Positions 18,995-29,284 of a stretch of DNA of 64,000 bases are shown one piece after another. The stretch's first letter is position 1; the number at the start of each line of letters is the position of its first letter. The notes below the pieces were generated by a model. The model was not told the origin of the DNA. It saw only the letters and a program-made list of their open reading frames with translations, and made no database searches. This DNA comes from Chthonomonadales bacterium (lineage in GTDB: Bacteria; Armatimonadota; Chthonomonadetes; Chthonomonadales; Chthonomonadaceae). The translations under genes were made by a program, and so were the position numbers. The stretch is taken from NCBI GenBank assembly GCA_038217285.1, contig JBBQPO010000001.1, forward strand, positions 22,264-86,263. The letters are read 5' to 3'.

Positions 18995-20920
18995 TCACCG
19001 GTAGGCGGCGGCCTGGAGATCGAAGAGTTCGGCGTAGGTGCCGCCCAGGGCGAGTAGCTCCTCGTGGGTGCCGTTCTCCTTGATACTGCCGTCCTCCAGC
19101 ACGAGGATTCGATCCGCGAGTCGGACGGTTCCGAAGCGGTGGCTGATGAAGAGCGCCATCTTCCCGGTGGTCAGTTGCTGCATCTGCGCGAAGATCTCGG
19201 CTTCGGCGCGTGCATCCAGGCTGGCGGTCGGCTCGTCGAGGATCAGCACCTCCGCATCCCGCATGAAGGCGCGGGCCAGCGCCACCTTCTGCCACTCGCC
19301 CCCGGAGAGCTGGACGCCCTCGTCGAACCAGCGGCCGAGCGTGGTGTCGTAGCCGCTCGGCAGCCGCGCGATCATCTCCGCCGCTCCGCTCTTGTCCGCC
19401 GCCTCCTCTATCCGCACGCGATCCTCGACATCGCGGATCCGCCCCACCCCGATATTCTCCGCCGCGCTGAAGAAGTAGGTCACGTAGTCCTGAAAGATCA
19501 CGCCGACCGCCAGCCGCAGCGACTCCAGGTCGTACTCGCGAATGTCGCGGCCGTTCAGGAAGATCACGCCCTCGCCGGGGTCGTAGAGGCGCGTGAGCAG
19601 CTTGACGATCGTCGTCTTACCCGCTCCGTTGCGCCCTACCAGCGCGATCGTCTCGTCCAGAGCAAGGGTAAAGCTGACATCGTTCAGGGCAGGCGCGCTC
19701 TTATTCGGGTAGGTAAAGCTGACGTTGCGGAACTCGATGCCCGATTCGAGGACGGGCGGAAGCGCGAGGGCGTCGGGTCGATTGCGGATCCTGGGCTCAT
19801 AGTCGAGGTAAGAGAAGAGGTTGTTGAGATAGAGCCCGCCCTCGTAGAGCGAGGAGAAGCTGCCGAGGATGCTCTGAAAGCTGGACTGTACGCTGCTCAC
19901 GGCCTGCGTGTAGAGGGTCAGATCCCCAAGCGTCAGGCGGCGCGAGATCGCCTGCAGAGCGACATAGAGAAACGTGCTGCTGGTCACCAGGGTCGTGAGG
20001 TTTCCCCAGAGGAAGCCCATCAGGGCGCGGCGGGTGAACAGCGCCTGATTCTCGCGGTAGAAGCGATCCGCGATCTCTTTCCAGCGCTTCAGAAAATGAC
20101 GGCCCAGTCCGAAGAGCTTGATCTCCTTGTTGTAGGTGTCTTTGGTCAGCAGGTCGAGGAAGTAGCCCATACGGCGGCGGTCCGGTGACTGTCGGCGAGC
20201 CTGCATGAAGCCGCGCCAGCCGTAACGTGTGCTCGCGATGAAGCTGGGGATCGGAGCCACCAGCGCCATGGCGGCGACACCCGGCCCGAGCCGAGCCATC
20301 AGCACGATCATCGAGAGGAAGGTGATCAGCGAGCGCACCAGGCTCAGGAGTTGCTGCACCATGCCGATAGGGCGGTACGACGCCTCGCTCTGCGCCTGCT
20401 GGAGGGTGTCGTAAAACTTGGGATCTTCGAAGAAGGCGAGGTCGAGCCGGTTCGCATGCTCCATGATCGTGAGCTGGACGCGGATGCCGGTCAGCTCCTG
20501 CAGACCCTGCTGCACGATACTCTGTGTCACCTGCAGCAGCGCACTCGCCAGCAGCAGCGCCAACTGCGTACCGACCAGGACCATGACCCAATGGACCTCC
20601 GCCGTGCGCCCTCCGACGCTCGTGGCGGCGACCACCGCATCGATCAGCAGCTTGGTGACCCAGGCGGTAGCGGTGGGGATAGCGCCCCCAATAACTGCCA
20701 TCAACGCCAACCCGACCGTGAAGCCCCGATGCGCTCCCCAGACCAGCCCGAACGCGCGCGGCAGCCCCGAGAGGATCACGCGCACATTCTCCCGAGATCG
20801 CTTCCACTGCTCCCGTAACGACAGCGGAGCCACTTCTTCCGGTCCTGCCTTGGGCGGCGGCGCGCCCTCTCCGCGCCCGACGAACTGCGGACCCTCCTCA
20901 CCCCCTCTGCGTTGACGCAT
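18995..20920 (-). CDS. ABC exporter, fused permease/ATP-binding protein
   Basis: TM domain plus GRNGAGKT, LSGGEWQK, ILDEPT, ISHR. Confidence 0.92.
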   Translation of the reverse strand: MRQRRGGEEGPQFVGRGEGAPPPKAGPEEVAPLSLREQWKRSRENVRVILSGLPRAFGLVWGAHRGFTVGLALMAVIGGAIPTATAWVTKLLIDAVVAATSVGGRTAEVHWVMVLVGTQLALLLASALLQVTQSIVQQGLQELTGIRVQLTIMEHANRLDLAFFEDPKFYDTLQQAQSEASYRPIGMVQQLLSLVRSLITFLSMIVLMARLGPGVAAMALVAPIPSFIASTRYGWRGFMQARRQSPDRRRMGYFLDLLTKDTYNKEIKLFGLGRHFLKRWKEIADRFYRENQALFTRRALMGFLWGNLTTLVTSSTFLYVALQAISRRLTLGDLTLYTQAVSSVQSSFQSILGSFSSLYEGGLYLNNLFSYLDYEPRIRNRPDALALPPVLESGIEFRNVSFTYPNKSAPALNDVSFTLALDETIALVGRNGAGKTTIVKLLTRLYDPGEGVIFLNGRDIREYDLESLRLAVGVIFQDYVTYFFSAAENIGVGRIRDVEDRVRIEEAADKSGAAEMIARLPSGYDTTLGRWFDEGVQLSGGEWQKVALARAFMRDAEVLILDEPTASLDARAEAEIFAQMQQLTTGKMALFISHRFGTVRLADRILVLEDGSIKENGTHEELLALGGTYAELFDLQAAAYR

Positions 20921-21080
20921 CGTGAACCCCCTCGCCGTAAACGTGGTCAGGACTCTATGGAGCCGGACCTTCTCCTGTCATCCGAAAAGAGCCGTCTTTT
21001 TGTGTACAGGGATAGATATTACCACGGCACGGTGTTTTCGCCTGAGTATCCGTGATTTGATGCAGTCAGAGGAAGGAGGT

Positions 21081-21497
21081 TCAAGAGGGAAGATGCAGGA
21101 CAACGTTGCCGGACTGAACGGTGACCGGGAATGTCTCGACGACTGCCTCCGTTTCGGCGCTTTCGAGAGGATCGACGGTCACCTCGTAGGCACGCACGCG
21201 TACCTTCTGGGGGCTGCAGACCGAGCGCCCTGTGGTCACATCGAACTCCCAGCCGTGCCAGGGGCAGCGGAGTATCTCGCCTTCGCGGGCCCAGATATAT
21301 TCGCCGGGCTGCGACGGCAGGGCCGTTCCCTTCACGCTTCCCAAGCAGAGCGGAGCGCCCTGATGCGGGCAGCGGTTCCGCAGCGCGTAGTAGACGCCGT
21401 TCACATTGAACACGCCTATGGAGATCCCGTTCACCGCGACGATCTTGCGCTGTCCGGGCCCGATCTCCGCCGTCGAGCCCACCACATATTTTGCCAT
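21081..21497 (-). CDS. Rieske [2Fe-2S] ferredoxin
   Basis: CPHQGAPL and CPWHGWEFD. Start MAKYVVG. Confidence 0.9.
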   Translation of the reverse strand: MAKYVVGSTAEIGPGQRKIVAVNGISIGVFNVNGVYYALRNRCPHQGAPLCLGSVKGTALPSQPGEYIWAREGEILRCPWHGWEFDVTTGRSVCSPQKVRVRAYEVTVDPLESAETEAVVETFPVTVQSGNVVLHLPS

Positions 21498-21511
21498 CTG
21501 TCCCGGCTCCC

Positions 21512-22600
21512 TTATAGTCCGTACCACTCACGTGCATTGGCTTCGAAGATGCGATGATGCAGGGCTTCCGGCAGCTTCGGAAAGGCGTGCGACGGCGAAT
21601 CGAAATCCCAGTGTGGATAGTCGGACGAAAACATCAGCAGATTTTCGGCATCCATCATCTCCAGCATCTGCAGGAAATGTCTGTCATCCTCGGGCCGTTC
21701 CAGTGGCTGTGTGGTAAAGCGAACATGATCTCGCAGGTAGGCAGACGGGGGCCGCTTCACCCAGGGAACCTCCGTGCGCAGCGCTTTCCACTCCGCATCC
21801 AGCCGCCACATCAAGCCGGGAATCCACGCGGTGCCCCCTTCCGTCAGCACCACGCGGAACTTCGGAAACTTTTCGAAGACGCCTTCGGTGAGCAGAGAGA
21901 CCAGATGCGCCTGGAAGGCCAACGAGAGACAGGTGTGCCACTCGATATAGTGCGTCGGAAAGCCGGGCGAGGGCTGCACATTGATCCCCATCCCGTCTGT
22001 ACCGGGATGGATCGCGAACGGCAGATCGTGTTTCGCGCAGGCTTCGTAGATCGGATGGTACTGGCGCTGGCCGAAGGGAGCGCGTGCGCCCGAGTCCGTC
22101 ATGACCTGCACGAAGTGCGGGTGGCCCGCCCAGCGCTCGATCTCCCGTGCGGCCGCGTGAGGGTCCTGATGAGCCACGGTGATCGAGCCTTTGAACACGC
22201 CATCCGCATTGTATTTGTCCAGCCAGGTCTCCGCCAGCCAGTCGTTGAAGGCCGCAGCAATGGCCGTGCCGAAATCGGGATCGGGGTGCAGATTACAGAA
22301 GGAGCGCGGCAGTAAGATGGCATGGGCCATGCCGTGCTCCTCCACGAGTTGTGTGCGCAGGAAGTCCGGGTCGCTTCCCGCCCCTCCCCCGCCCGGCGGG
22401 TTCGAATCCAGTCGCGCGCCATGCACAGGATTGCCGAAGAAGCCGCGCCCGCCCCCGTTCCAGCGGTCCCGAAACGGCATCGGCATATGCGCCTTGATCT
22501 CCGCCACGCTCCTCGGGCCGGGATGCACATCGCAGTCGATGATCCCGACACGGCGCTCGCGCGTCGGGCGCGCCTCACGTTCCGACAAAAATGTGGTCAT
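21512..22600 (-). CDS. Amidohydrolase_2-fold protein, possible dinuclear oxygenase
   Basis: IIDCDVHP, FAIHPG, VLTEGG, FSSDYPHWDFD. Start MTTFLSE overlaps the AKR stop. Confidence 0.85.
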   Translation of the reverse strand: MTTFLSEREARPTRERRVGIIDCDVHPGPRSVAEIKAHMPMPFRDRWNGGGRGFFGNPVHGARLDSNPPGGGGAGSDPDFLRTQLVEEHGMAHAILLPRSFCNLHPDPDFGTAIAAAFNDWLAETWLDKYNADGVFKGSITVAHQDPHAAAREIERWAGHPHFVQVMTDSGARAPFGQRQYHPIYEACAKHDLPFAIHPGTDGMGINVQPSPGFPTHYIEWHTCLSLAFQAHLVSLLTEGVFEKFPKFRVVLTEGGTAWIPGLMWRLDAEWKALRTEVPWVKRPPSAYLRDHVRFTTQPLERPEDDRHFLQMLEMMDAENLLMFSSDYPHWDFDSPSHAFPKLPEALHHRIFEANAREWYGL

Positions 22601-23514
22601 GGTTCCCTGACTCCTCTTTCCGAATGGGCTTTTGTGGCCTGCTCGTCCGCCTCTTTGTAGATTCCAGCGGTGCGCAGAGGAATCGCGGACAGGTCGAAGT
22701 CCGGCTTGAACTCCTCTGCCAGACGCACGTTTCGGGTGATCTCCTCCGGCCAGCGCGCGCCCACCAGCGCGGTATGTACACGGGGATCGGATAGCACGAA
22801 GCGCAGGCAGACCTCGTAGGGATCCTGCGCCGCCAGCCATGCGGGCGCCAGGTCGCGAAGTATACGCTGCAGAATACCGCTGGTCATCGGACGCATGATC
22901 GCCACGCCCAGATCCCCCTCTTTCGCTTTCGGCAGCGCCTGTTCCGCCGCCTGATGATTGAGAAGGTTATAGCGCAACTGCACCACATCGAAAAGGCCGG
23001 AGGCCATCAGCGGCAAGGCAGTGAAGGGCTCCTCGCAGGTGAAGCCCACAAAGCGCACTTTGCCCTCGTCCCGAAGATTGGTCAGCGCCTCCAGCGGGCC
23101 ATTCTCCAGAATGTGGCGTGTATCGGCCTCCGTAAACATGCCGCCGTGGAACTGGACGATATCGACGGTGTCGCGCCGCAGTCGCCGCAGCGAAGCCTCC
23201 ACACTGGCACGCACCTCCGTCGCGCCGACTCCCTGCCAGGGGCATTTGGTCGCCAGCGTGTAGGCCGCCTGAACGCCTTCCAGGGCCTCGCCAAAGATGC
23301 TCTCGGAGTTCCCGTCTCCGTAGCCGGGCGCGGTATCGAAGTAGTCGATCCCACACTCCACGGCCGTTCGGATCGTTGTCAGCGCCATCGCGCGTCCCTC
23401 GGGCGTGAAAGGGTTCCATCCCGACGCTTCGTTCACGCCGCCGAACGGAAAACCGCCCAGGCCCAGGCGCGTCACTTGCAGATTAGTTTTACCGAATCGG
23501 TTCGTTGGCAGCAT
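22597..23514 (-). CDS. Aldo/keto reductase
   Basis: FDTAPGYGDGNSE, LATK, SLRRLRRDTVDIVQFH, GKVRFVG. Confidence 0.92.
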   Translation of the reverse strand: MLPTNRFGKTNLQVTRLGLGGFPFGGVNEASGWNPFTPEGRAMALTTIRTAVECGIDYFDTAPGYGDGNSESIFGEALEGVQAAYTLATKCPWQGVGATEVRASVEASLRRLRRDTVDIVQFHGGMFTEADTRHILENGPLEALTNLRDEGKVRFVGFTCEEPFTALPLMASGLFDVVQLRYNLLNHQAAEQALPKAKEGDLGVAIMRPMTSGILQRILRDLAPAWLAAQDPYEVCLRFVLSDPRVHTALVGARWPEEITRNVRLAEEFKPDFDLSAIPLRTAGIYKEADEQATKAHSERGVREP

Positions 23515-23540
23515 GTTTCCTCGTCTCTGTTCCGTGGCAC

Positions 23541-24167
23541 CTAGCGGGCGGCCAAAAAGTAGTTGTCGTGTCCGGGAATCACGATATCGGCGATCTGTGC
23601 GAGGGCTTCTATGGAGCGGGTGGCGAGCTCGAAATCTGCGGAGTTGAAGTAGCCACGCCGGTCGTTCCAGAAGTCACGGTTCATCGCGGCATCGGCGGCG
23701 ATCACGACGGAGCGCCCCTCGCAGTCGAAGCGCAGGCTGTGATGGCTGAGACTGTGTCCCGGAGTAGGGAGGATCTCTACAGCGTCGTAGAGCAGACCGG
23801 TCTGCGCTTCGACCGCCCTGTCATACTGTCCGGAACGATTCAGGATGTCGGCGACAGGAGGAGCGGCCCACCATTTTGCGTGCGGAAAGTGCTTCAGGCC
23901 GAAGTGATGATCGCCATGTTCATGGGTCATGAAGACCGCATCTATCTCTTCCAGCTTGCACCCGGTGCGCCGATCCAACTCCGCGCGCATCTGCGCTTCA
24001 TCCTGTAAAGAGGGGTCTACCAGCAGTCGGAAGCCATCGCCGGTCACCAGCGTACAGGTGCAGATTGCGGATCGATACGCCTGTTCGTCTCGCTCGCCCC
24101 AGTACCGGTTTCGAGAGATGTTGCCGATGGTCACGATGTCCCAGCGAACGATGTCAACGTGGCTCAT
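23541..24167 (-). CDS. Metallo-beta-lactamase fold hydrolase
   Basis: THEHGDH, TPGHS, ADA, IPGHD. Confidence 0.88.
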   Translation of the reverse strand: MSHVDIVRWDIVTIGNISRNRYWGERDEQAYRSAICTCTLVTGDGFRLLVDPSLQDEAQMRAELDRRTGCKLEEIDAVFMTHEHGDHHFGLKHFPHAKWWAAPPVADILNRSGQYDRAVEAQTGLLYDAVEILPTPGHSLSHHSLRFDCEGRSVVIAADAAMNRDFWNDRRGYFNSADFELATRSIEALAQIADIVIPGHDNYFLAAR

Positions 24168-24237
24168 TATATCTCCTCATGGTGGGATAGTGTCCGTCAA
24201 ATGTCTGAGAAAAACTCTGCCCTGGCAGGCTGGTCGA

Positions 24238-26388
24238 TCAGGCTTTGAGGCCGTTGGGCGCCAGGGGCAGGGTATACAGCGGCTGGCCGGTCGCATTGAA
24301 GAGGGCGTTGCGGATGGCGGGCGCGATGACGACGATGGGCGTCTCCCCTGCCCCCTGTGAGGGCAGGTCTTTGCGATCCACGAGCACGATCTCGATGGGC
24401 GGCACGTCGGCGAAACGCGGGACGCGGTAGGCGGCCAGGTGCGGATTGAGAATTTTGCCCTGCTCGAACTGAATGGCCTCGAACAGCGCACCCCCCATGC
24501 CCATCACGAGCGAACCCTCCACCTGATTTTGCAGATGCAGCGGGTTGACGATCGCGCCGCACTCGAAAGCCGCGACGATCCGTGTCACCTGCACTTTGCC
24601 GGTAACTCTCTCGACCATAACCTCCACACAGCCGGCGACATAGCTTCCCTTTTCCGTGCCACAGGCCAGACCATAGCCACGCCCAGGGGCAGCGCGCCGC
24701 TTGTCCCAGCCAAAGTGCGTTGCAGCCGCTTCCAGCACGGCGCGCAAACGCGGATCTTCGAGATTCTTGAGGCGAAAGGCGAGCGGATCGAGCTTGACGG
24801 CATGGGCCAGGTCGTCGATATGCGATTCGCGCGCGAAGTGGTTGGCGGTGGCGGCCAGACCACGATAGGAGCCTTCGCGCAGCGGCGCCTGAGTCCGATG
24901 GAAATCGGCGCGCTGATCGGGAACGGCGTAAGGGGCGCGAATGCCGGACGGCCCGGAATTGTAGTTGTCGAACTCCCAGTGCGTCAGGGTTCCATCGGCC
25001 TGCGCCGTTGCCTTGACGTCGATGACCCCTGCCGGCCGGAAGTAGGCCCAGGTGAACTCCTCTTCCCGCGTCCAGACCAGTTTGACGGGTTTGCCCGCCG
25101 CACGGGCGAGCCGCGCCGCTTCGATGGCGACCTCGCCGGTATGCTTGCCGCCATAGCCCGACCCAGTATCCGGAACGATCACGCGCACACTGCTTTCCGG
25201 CACTTTGAGCGCTGTCGCCAGGTCGCTGCGCACACCGAAGGGACGCTGAGTGCCGGTCCAGACCGTGAGACGATCATCCTTCCACTCCGCGACCGCCGCG
25301 CGCGGTTCGAGCGGGGTGTGCGCGATATAGGCGACCGTGTACGTCGCCGCTATGGTGGAACCGGTCGCAGCAGGATCGGACGCCTTCGCCTCTCCCGTTT
25401 TCCCTGCCTTCGCGCCCGGTCGTAGCTGCTCGTAGAGAGTCTGACCGGACGGCTGGGCAACGGTCTGCCAGTCGGCTTTGAGCGCCTCCAGCGCGGCGAC
25501 CGCTTCGTGCATCGAGGGCGCCGTGATGCCCACGAAGTCGCCCTCCTGCACGACGGTGACGCCGGGCATCGCTTTCGCGGCCTGCGCGTCGAGGGAGTTC
25601 AGCGTGGCATGAAAGGCCGCAGGGCGCAGGATCTTGCCGTACAGCATTCCGGCACGTTTGACGTCGGTCGTATACTGGTGGCGGCCGGTGACGAAGGCGC
25701 GGCCGTCCGCTTTGGGCGTGGATACTCCCATCACCTTCCACTCGGCAGTCGGAGTCAGCGCGATGTCGGCAGGGATCGTCTGCGTCAGCTTCTGGCCTTT
25801 GACCAGCTCCCCATACGTGACGGTGCGATTCGTGGCGACATGATGGATCTTGCCTCCTCTGGCCGTGAGGGCGCTGCGGTCGACCTGCCACTGGGCGGCG
25901 GCAAGATCGAGAAGCGTCTCGCGCGCGGCGGCGGCGGCTTTGCGTAACTGGGGGATCATGGTCGGCGTGGTTCGACTGCCGAAGGTGCCCATATCGTAGG
26001 GCGTGAGGTCGGTATCTCCCAGCACCATCTGCACGGAGCCAAAAGGTACGCGCAGCTCCTCGGCCACAGCCTGCGCCAGGGAGGTGCGGGCGTTCTGCCC
26101 GACCTCGACCTTACCGCTATAGACCGTCACCTCGCCATTGGCCGCAATGTGCAGCCAGGCTCCAATGGTCTGCGGAGTGGACGGCCCCTGTCGGCGACTG
26201 CCGCCGCCGGACTCCTGGGCCTCTGCATCGGGCAGGGCGACCAGCAGCAGAAGGCCCGCGCCCACCGTACGCAACAGCTCTCGGCGAGACAGAAGCGAAG
26301 GCGCATTCGGACTCGGGCGACCGGCGGCGGACAGAGCCACTGCCTCCTGCGGCTCCGGTTCCGGCAGTAGTAGCGGTCGGCGGCTCAT
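24238..26388 (-). CDS. Xanthine dehydrogenase family molybdopterin-binding subunit (IorB-like), Tat-exported
   Basis: LSRRELL twin-arginine signal, GKVEVGQNA, GTFGSRT, GSGYGGK, GAGETP. Start MSRRPLL overlaps the upstream stop. Confidence 0.9.
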   Translation of the reverse strand: MSRRPLLLPEPEPQEAVALSAAGRPSPNAPSLLSRRELLRTVGAGLLLLVALPDAEAQESGGGSRRQGPSTPQTIGAWLHIAANGEVTVYSGKVEVGQNARTSLAQAVAEELRVPFGSVQMVLGDTDLTPYDMGTFGSRTTPTMIPQLRKAAAAARETLLDLAAAQWQVDRSALTARGGKIHHVATNRTVTYGELVKGQKLTQTIPADIALTPTAEWKVMGVSTPKADGRAFVTGRHQYTTDVKRAGMLYGKILRPAAFHATLNSLDAQAAKAMPGVTVVQEGDFVGITAPSMHEAVAALEALKADWQTVAQPSGQTLYEQLRPGAKAGKTGEAKASDPAATGSTIAATYTVAYIAHTPLEPRAAVAEWKDDRLTVWTGTQRPFGVRSDLATALKVPESSVRVIVPDTGSGYGGKHTGEVAIEAARLARAAGKPVKLVWTREEEFTWAYFRPAGVIDVKATAQADGTLTHWEFDNYNSGPSGIRAPYAVPDQRADFHRTQAPLREGSYRGLAATANHFARESHIDDLAHAVKLDPLAFRLKNLEDPRLRAVLEAAATHFGWDKRRAAPGRGYGLACGTEKGSYVAGCVEVMVERVTGKVQVTRIVAAFECGAIVNPLHLQNQVEGSLVMGMGGALFEAIQFEQGKILNPHLAAYRVPRFADVPPIEIVLVDRKDLPSQGAGETPIVVIAPAIRNALFNATGQPLYTLPLAPNGLKA

Positions 26389-26867
26389 CGCTTTGCCTCC
26401 TTCGGCTGGGCCTCGGCGGCCGCTCGCACGGCGTGCACAATGCGGCGGTAGGTGCCGCAGCGGCAGACGTTGCCGTTCATACCGCGAATGATGTCCTGAT
26501 CGGTCGGATGGGGCGTTTTGCGCAGCAGGCCGACGGCGGACAGGATCATGCCGGAGGTGCAGTAGCCGCACTGGAGAGCGTCGGCATCGAGGAACGCCTG
26601 CTGCACCGGATGGAGGCTGCCCCCGTGTTCGAGGCCTTCGATGGTCAGCACCTGCTTCTTGGCGACGGAACCGATGGGGGTGATGCAGGATCGGGTGGGC
26701 TGTCCGTCGATCAGGACGGTGCAGGCGCCGCACTGGCCTTCGCCGCAACCGTAGTGCGCGCCGGTCAGGTCGAGATCGTCGCGCAGGACGCTGAGCAGAC
26801 TGCGCTCCGGAGCGGCTTCAACGGGATGAACGCTCCCGTTGACGTGAAGTTCGTGTCGGGCAAGCAT
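26385..26867 (-). CDS. (2Fe-2S)-binding small subunit (IorA/CoxS-like)
   Basis: GCGEGQCGACTV, QCGYCTSG, NVCRCGTY. Confidence 0.93.
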   Translation of the reverse strand: MLARHELHVNGSVHPVEAAPERSLLSVLRDDLDLTGAHYGCGEGQCGACTVLIDGQPTRSCITPIGSVAKKQVLTIEGLEHGGSLHPVQQAFLDADALQCGYCTSGMILSAVGLLRKTPHPTDQDIIRGMNGNVCRCGTYRRIVHAVRAAAEAQPKEAKR

Positions 26868-26979
26868 GGAGTGCTCCCTTCAGCAGGGCGGAGAGACGAA
26901 TTAGCCGAAGGTCAGGCTTACTCTATAGACGAACTCCACGGCACAAAGTTAGCACTTCGCCCCCAAATTTGACGCCTCG

Positions 26980-29169
26980 CTATTGCGCCGTGGGAAGCAC
27001 GGGGTCCGCTTTGGAGAGGCGGCAGGCGCAGGCTTTGTACTCCGGGATTTTGGAGACAGGATCGAGCGCCGGGTTCGTCAGCAGATTGGCCGATTTCTCG
27101 TCGCCCCAATGGTAGGGAATGAACACCGTATCCTCGCGAATTGTCGCCACGATGCTCGCTTTCAGCGTCACCTGCCCCCGGCGGGTTTCCACCTTCACCC
27201 AGTCGCCGGGAACGAGGCCCAGTGGCTCCGCTAGCTTCGGGTGGATCTCCACGAGTGGCTCGGGGTACTGGTCCACCAGGCTGCCGATGCGCCGGGTCTG
27301 GGTGCCGCTCAGATACTGGCTGACGACGCGGCCCGTCGTGAGGACGACGGGATACTCCTCATCCGGCACCTCGGCAGGCGGACGAAATTCGACGGCGTTG
27401 AAATGCGCTTTTTTGTCCGGAGTGAAGAACTTACGGTCTTCAAAGAGGCGCGGGGTGCCGGGATGATCCAGATCTGGACAAGGCCAGAAGACCCCCTGTG
27501 TGCGCTCGATCTTGTCGTAGGTGATGCCGTAGTAGTCCGCCGTCCCGCCTTTGGAAGCCACTCGCAACTCGTTGAACATATCCTCGGCGGTCTTGTAGGG
27601 GAAGTACTGCCCGCGGCCCAGACGGTTCGCGATGTCGAGCAGGATGTGCCAGTCTACCCGCGCCTCCCCCGGCGGGTCTACGGCTTTGCGGATGCGAATG
27701 ACACGCCCCTCCGCGCTCGTAGAGGTGCCTTCGTCCTCTTCGTGCAGGGAGCCCGGCAGGACAATATCGGCGTGACGGGCTGTCTCACTCATAAAGAAGT
27801 CGATGATCGTGTAGTGTTCGAGACGGTTGAACGCCTCCTTGGTGAAATCGGCGTCCGGAAGAGAGACGACGGGGTTGAAGCAGAGCGACAGCAGGCCCTT
27901 GATCTCCCCGGCATGCATCAACTGGATGATCTCCTGGGCGGTCGCGCCCTTGTGCGGCATCTCCGACTCGGCGATCTTCCAGACTTCGGCGATATAGCGA
28001 CGATGCTCCATATTCTCGATGTCGCGATTGCCGGGCAACTGATCGCACTTGTGCCCGTGCTCGCGGCCGCCCTGACCGTTGCCCTGCCCGGTGATGGTGG
28101 CATAACCGCATCCCGGCCTGCCGAGGCGCCCGGTCGCCAGCACCAGATTGATGCACGACAAGACGTTCTCGACACCTTTCGTGTGGTGTTCGATGCCGCG
28201 CGCGTGGAGCAGAAAACTGGTCTTCGCCGGTCCCCACATCTCGGCCGCCCGGACGATGAGGGCCGGATCTACGCCGGAGAGTTCGCCCGCGAACTCCGGG
28301 GTGTATTTCTCGACCGCCTTTTTGACCTCTTCAAAGCCGCTCGTGCAGTTGTCGATAAACTCCTGGTCGATCCACCCACGGGCGATGACGACGTGCAGAA
28401 TGCCGTTCATAAGCGCGGAGTCGCCGCCGGGACGAACGGGAATATAAAGGTCGGCGGTGCGGGCCATGGGCGTCATGCGGGGATCGATCATGATGAGCTT
28501 CGCGCCCCGATCCCGCGCCCGCCAGATGTAGTCGGTCGTGATGGGCGCGCACTCCGCCACGTTCGCCCCGGTCACGAGGATGACATCGGCCAGGGGAATA
28601 TCGTCCCAGGAGTTCGCCGCGCGGTCTATCCCGAACGCCTTCTTGTTGCCTGCGCCGGCCGAAACCATGCAGAGGCGGCCGTTATAGTCCAGATGTTTCG
28701 TCTGCAGGGCGACACGGGCGAACTTGCCCGCCAGATACGATTTCTCATTCGTGAGGGAGACGCCGGAGAGCATAGCGAACGCGTCTTTACCGAACTGCTG
28801 CTGGATGCGCTTGATCTCCGAGACGGTCGTATCGAGCGCTTCGTCCCAGGAGATCGGCTTGAAACCGGCGTCCGTGCGCTTCAATGGGTGCAGCAGACGG
28901 TCAGGATGCTCGTTCTGGAGATAGCGCTTGATGCCCTTGGGGCAGAGTTTGCCCTGGTTGAAGGGGAAATCTTCGCGCGGCTCGAAGCCGATGACCTTGT
29001 TGTTCTTGACTTTGAGGTTGATGCCGCACTGCTGCCCGCAGAAGCAGCAGTGGGTCGCGACGAGCTTATCCGGCTCCCCCTGATACTGCCAGCCGCCGGG
29101 CGGCGTATAGTTCAGGGTCGGGCCGTACTCCCGAATCAGTTCCTTTACGGACAACGGCGGTTTCGCCAT
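26980..29169 (-). CDS. Mo-bisPGD oxidoreductase catalytic subunit, Nas/Nap nitrate-reductase-like, no Tat signal
   Basis: [11 protein letters not shown]...LCPKG [4Fe-4S] motif, active-site [36 protein letters not shown]. Confidence 0.88.
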   Translation of the reverse strand: MAKPPLSVKELIREYGPTLNYTPPGGWQYQGEPDKLVATHCCFCGQQCGINLKVKNNKVIGFEPREDFPFNQGKLCPKGIKRYLQNEHPDRLLHPLKRTDAGFKPISWDEALDTTVSEIKRIQQQFGKDAFAMLSGVSLTNEKSYLAGKFARVALQTKHLDYNGRLCMVSAGAGNKKAFGIDRAANSWDDIPLADVILVTGANVAECAPITTDYIWRARDRGAKLIMIDPRMTPMARTADLYIPVRPGGDSALMNGILHVVIARGWIDQEFIDNCTSGFEEVKKAVEKYTPEFAGELSGVDPALIVRAAEMWGPAKTSFLLHARGIEHHTKGVENVLSCINLVLATGRLGRPGCGYATITGQGNGQGGREHGHKCDQLPGNRDIENMEHRRYIAEVWKIAESEMPHKGATAQEIIQLMHAGEIKGLLSLCFNPVVSLPDADFTKEAFNRLEHYTIIDFFMSETARHADIVLPGSLHEEDEGTSTSAEGRVIRIRKAVDPPGEARVDWHILLDIANRLGRGQYFPYKTAEDMFNELRVASKGGTADYYGITYDKIERTQGVFWPCPDLDHPGTPRLFEDRKFFTPDKKAHFNAVEFRPPAEVPDEEYPVVLTTGRVVSQYLSGTQTRRIGSLVDQYPEPLVEIHPKLAEPLGLVPGDWVKVETRRGQVTLKASIVATIREDTVFIPYHWGDEKSANLLTNPALDPVSKIPEYKACACRLSKADPVLPTAQ

Positions 29170-29284
29170 AGTTCCCACGACCTTTCTACTCTTGGGAGGC
29201 AGGCGGCTGAAACCGGCTCCGCCTTGCACGAACCTGTCGGGAAATCGAGAACCATCCTATCGACGTCCCGCTTCCCACTGCGAC

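Noticed and set aside
26980-29169. Formate dehydrogenase or selenoprotein
   Set aside because: The active site reads RLCM, not C/U-H, and there is no in-frame TGA.
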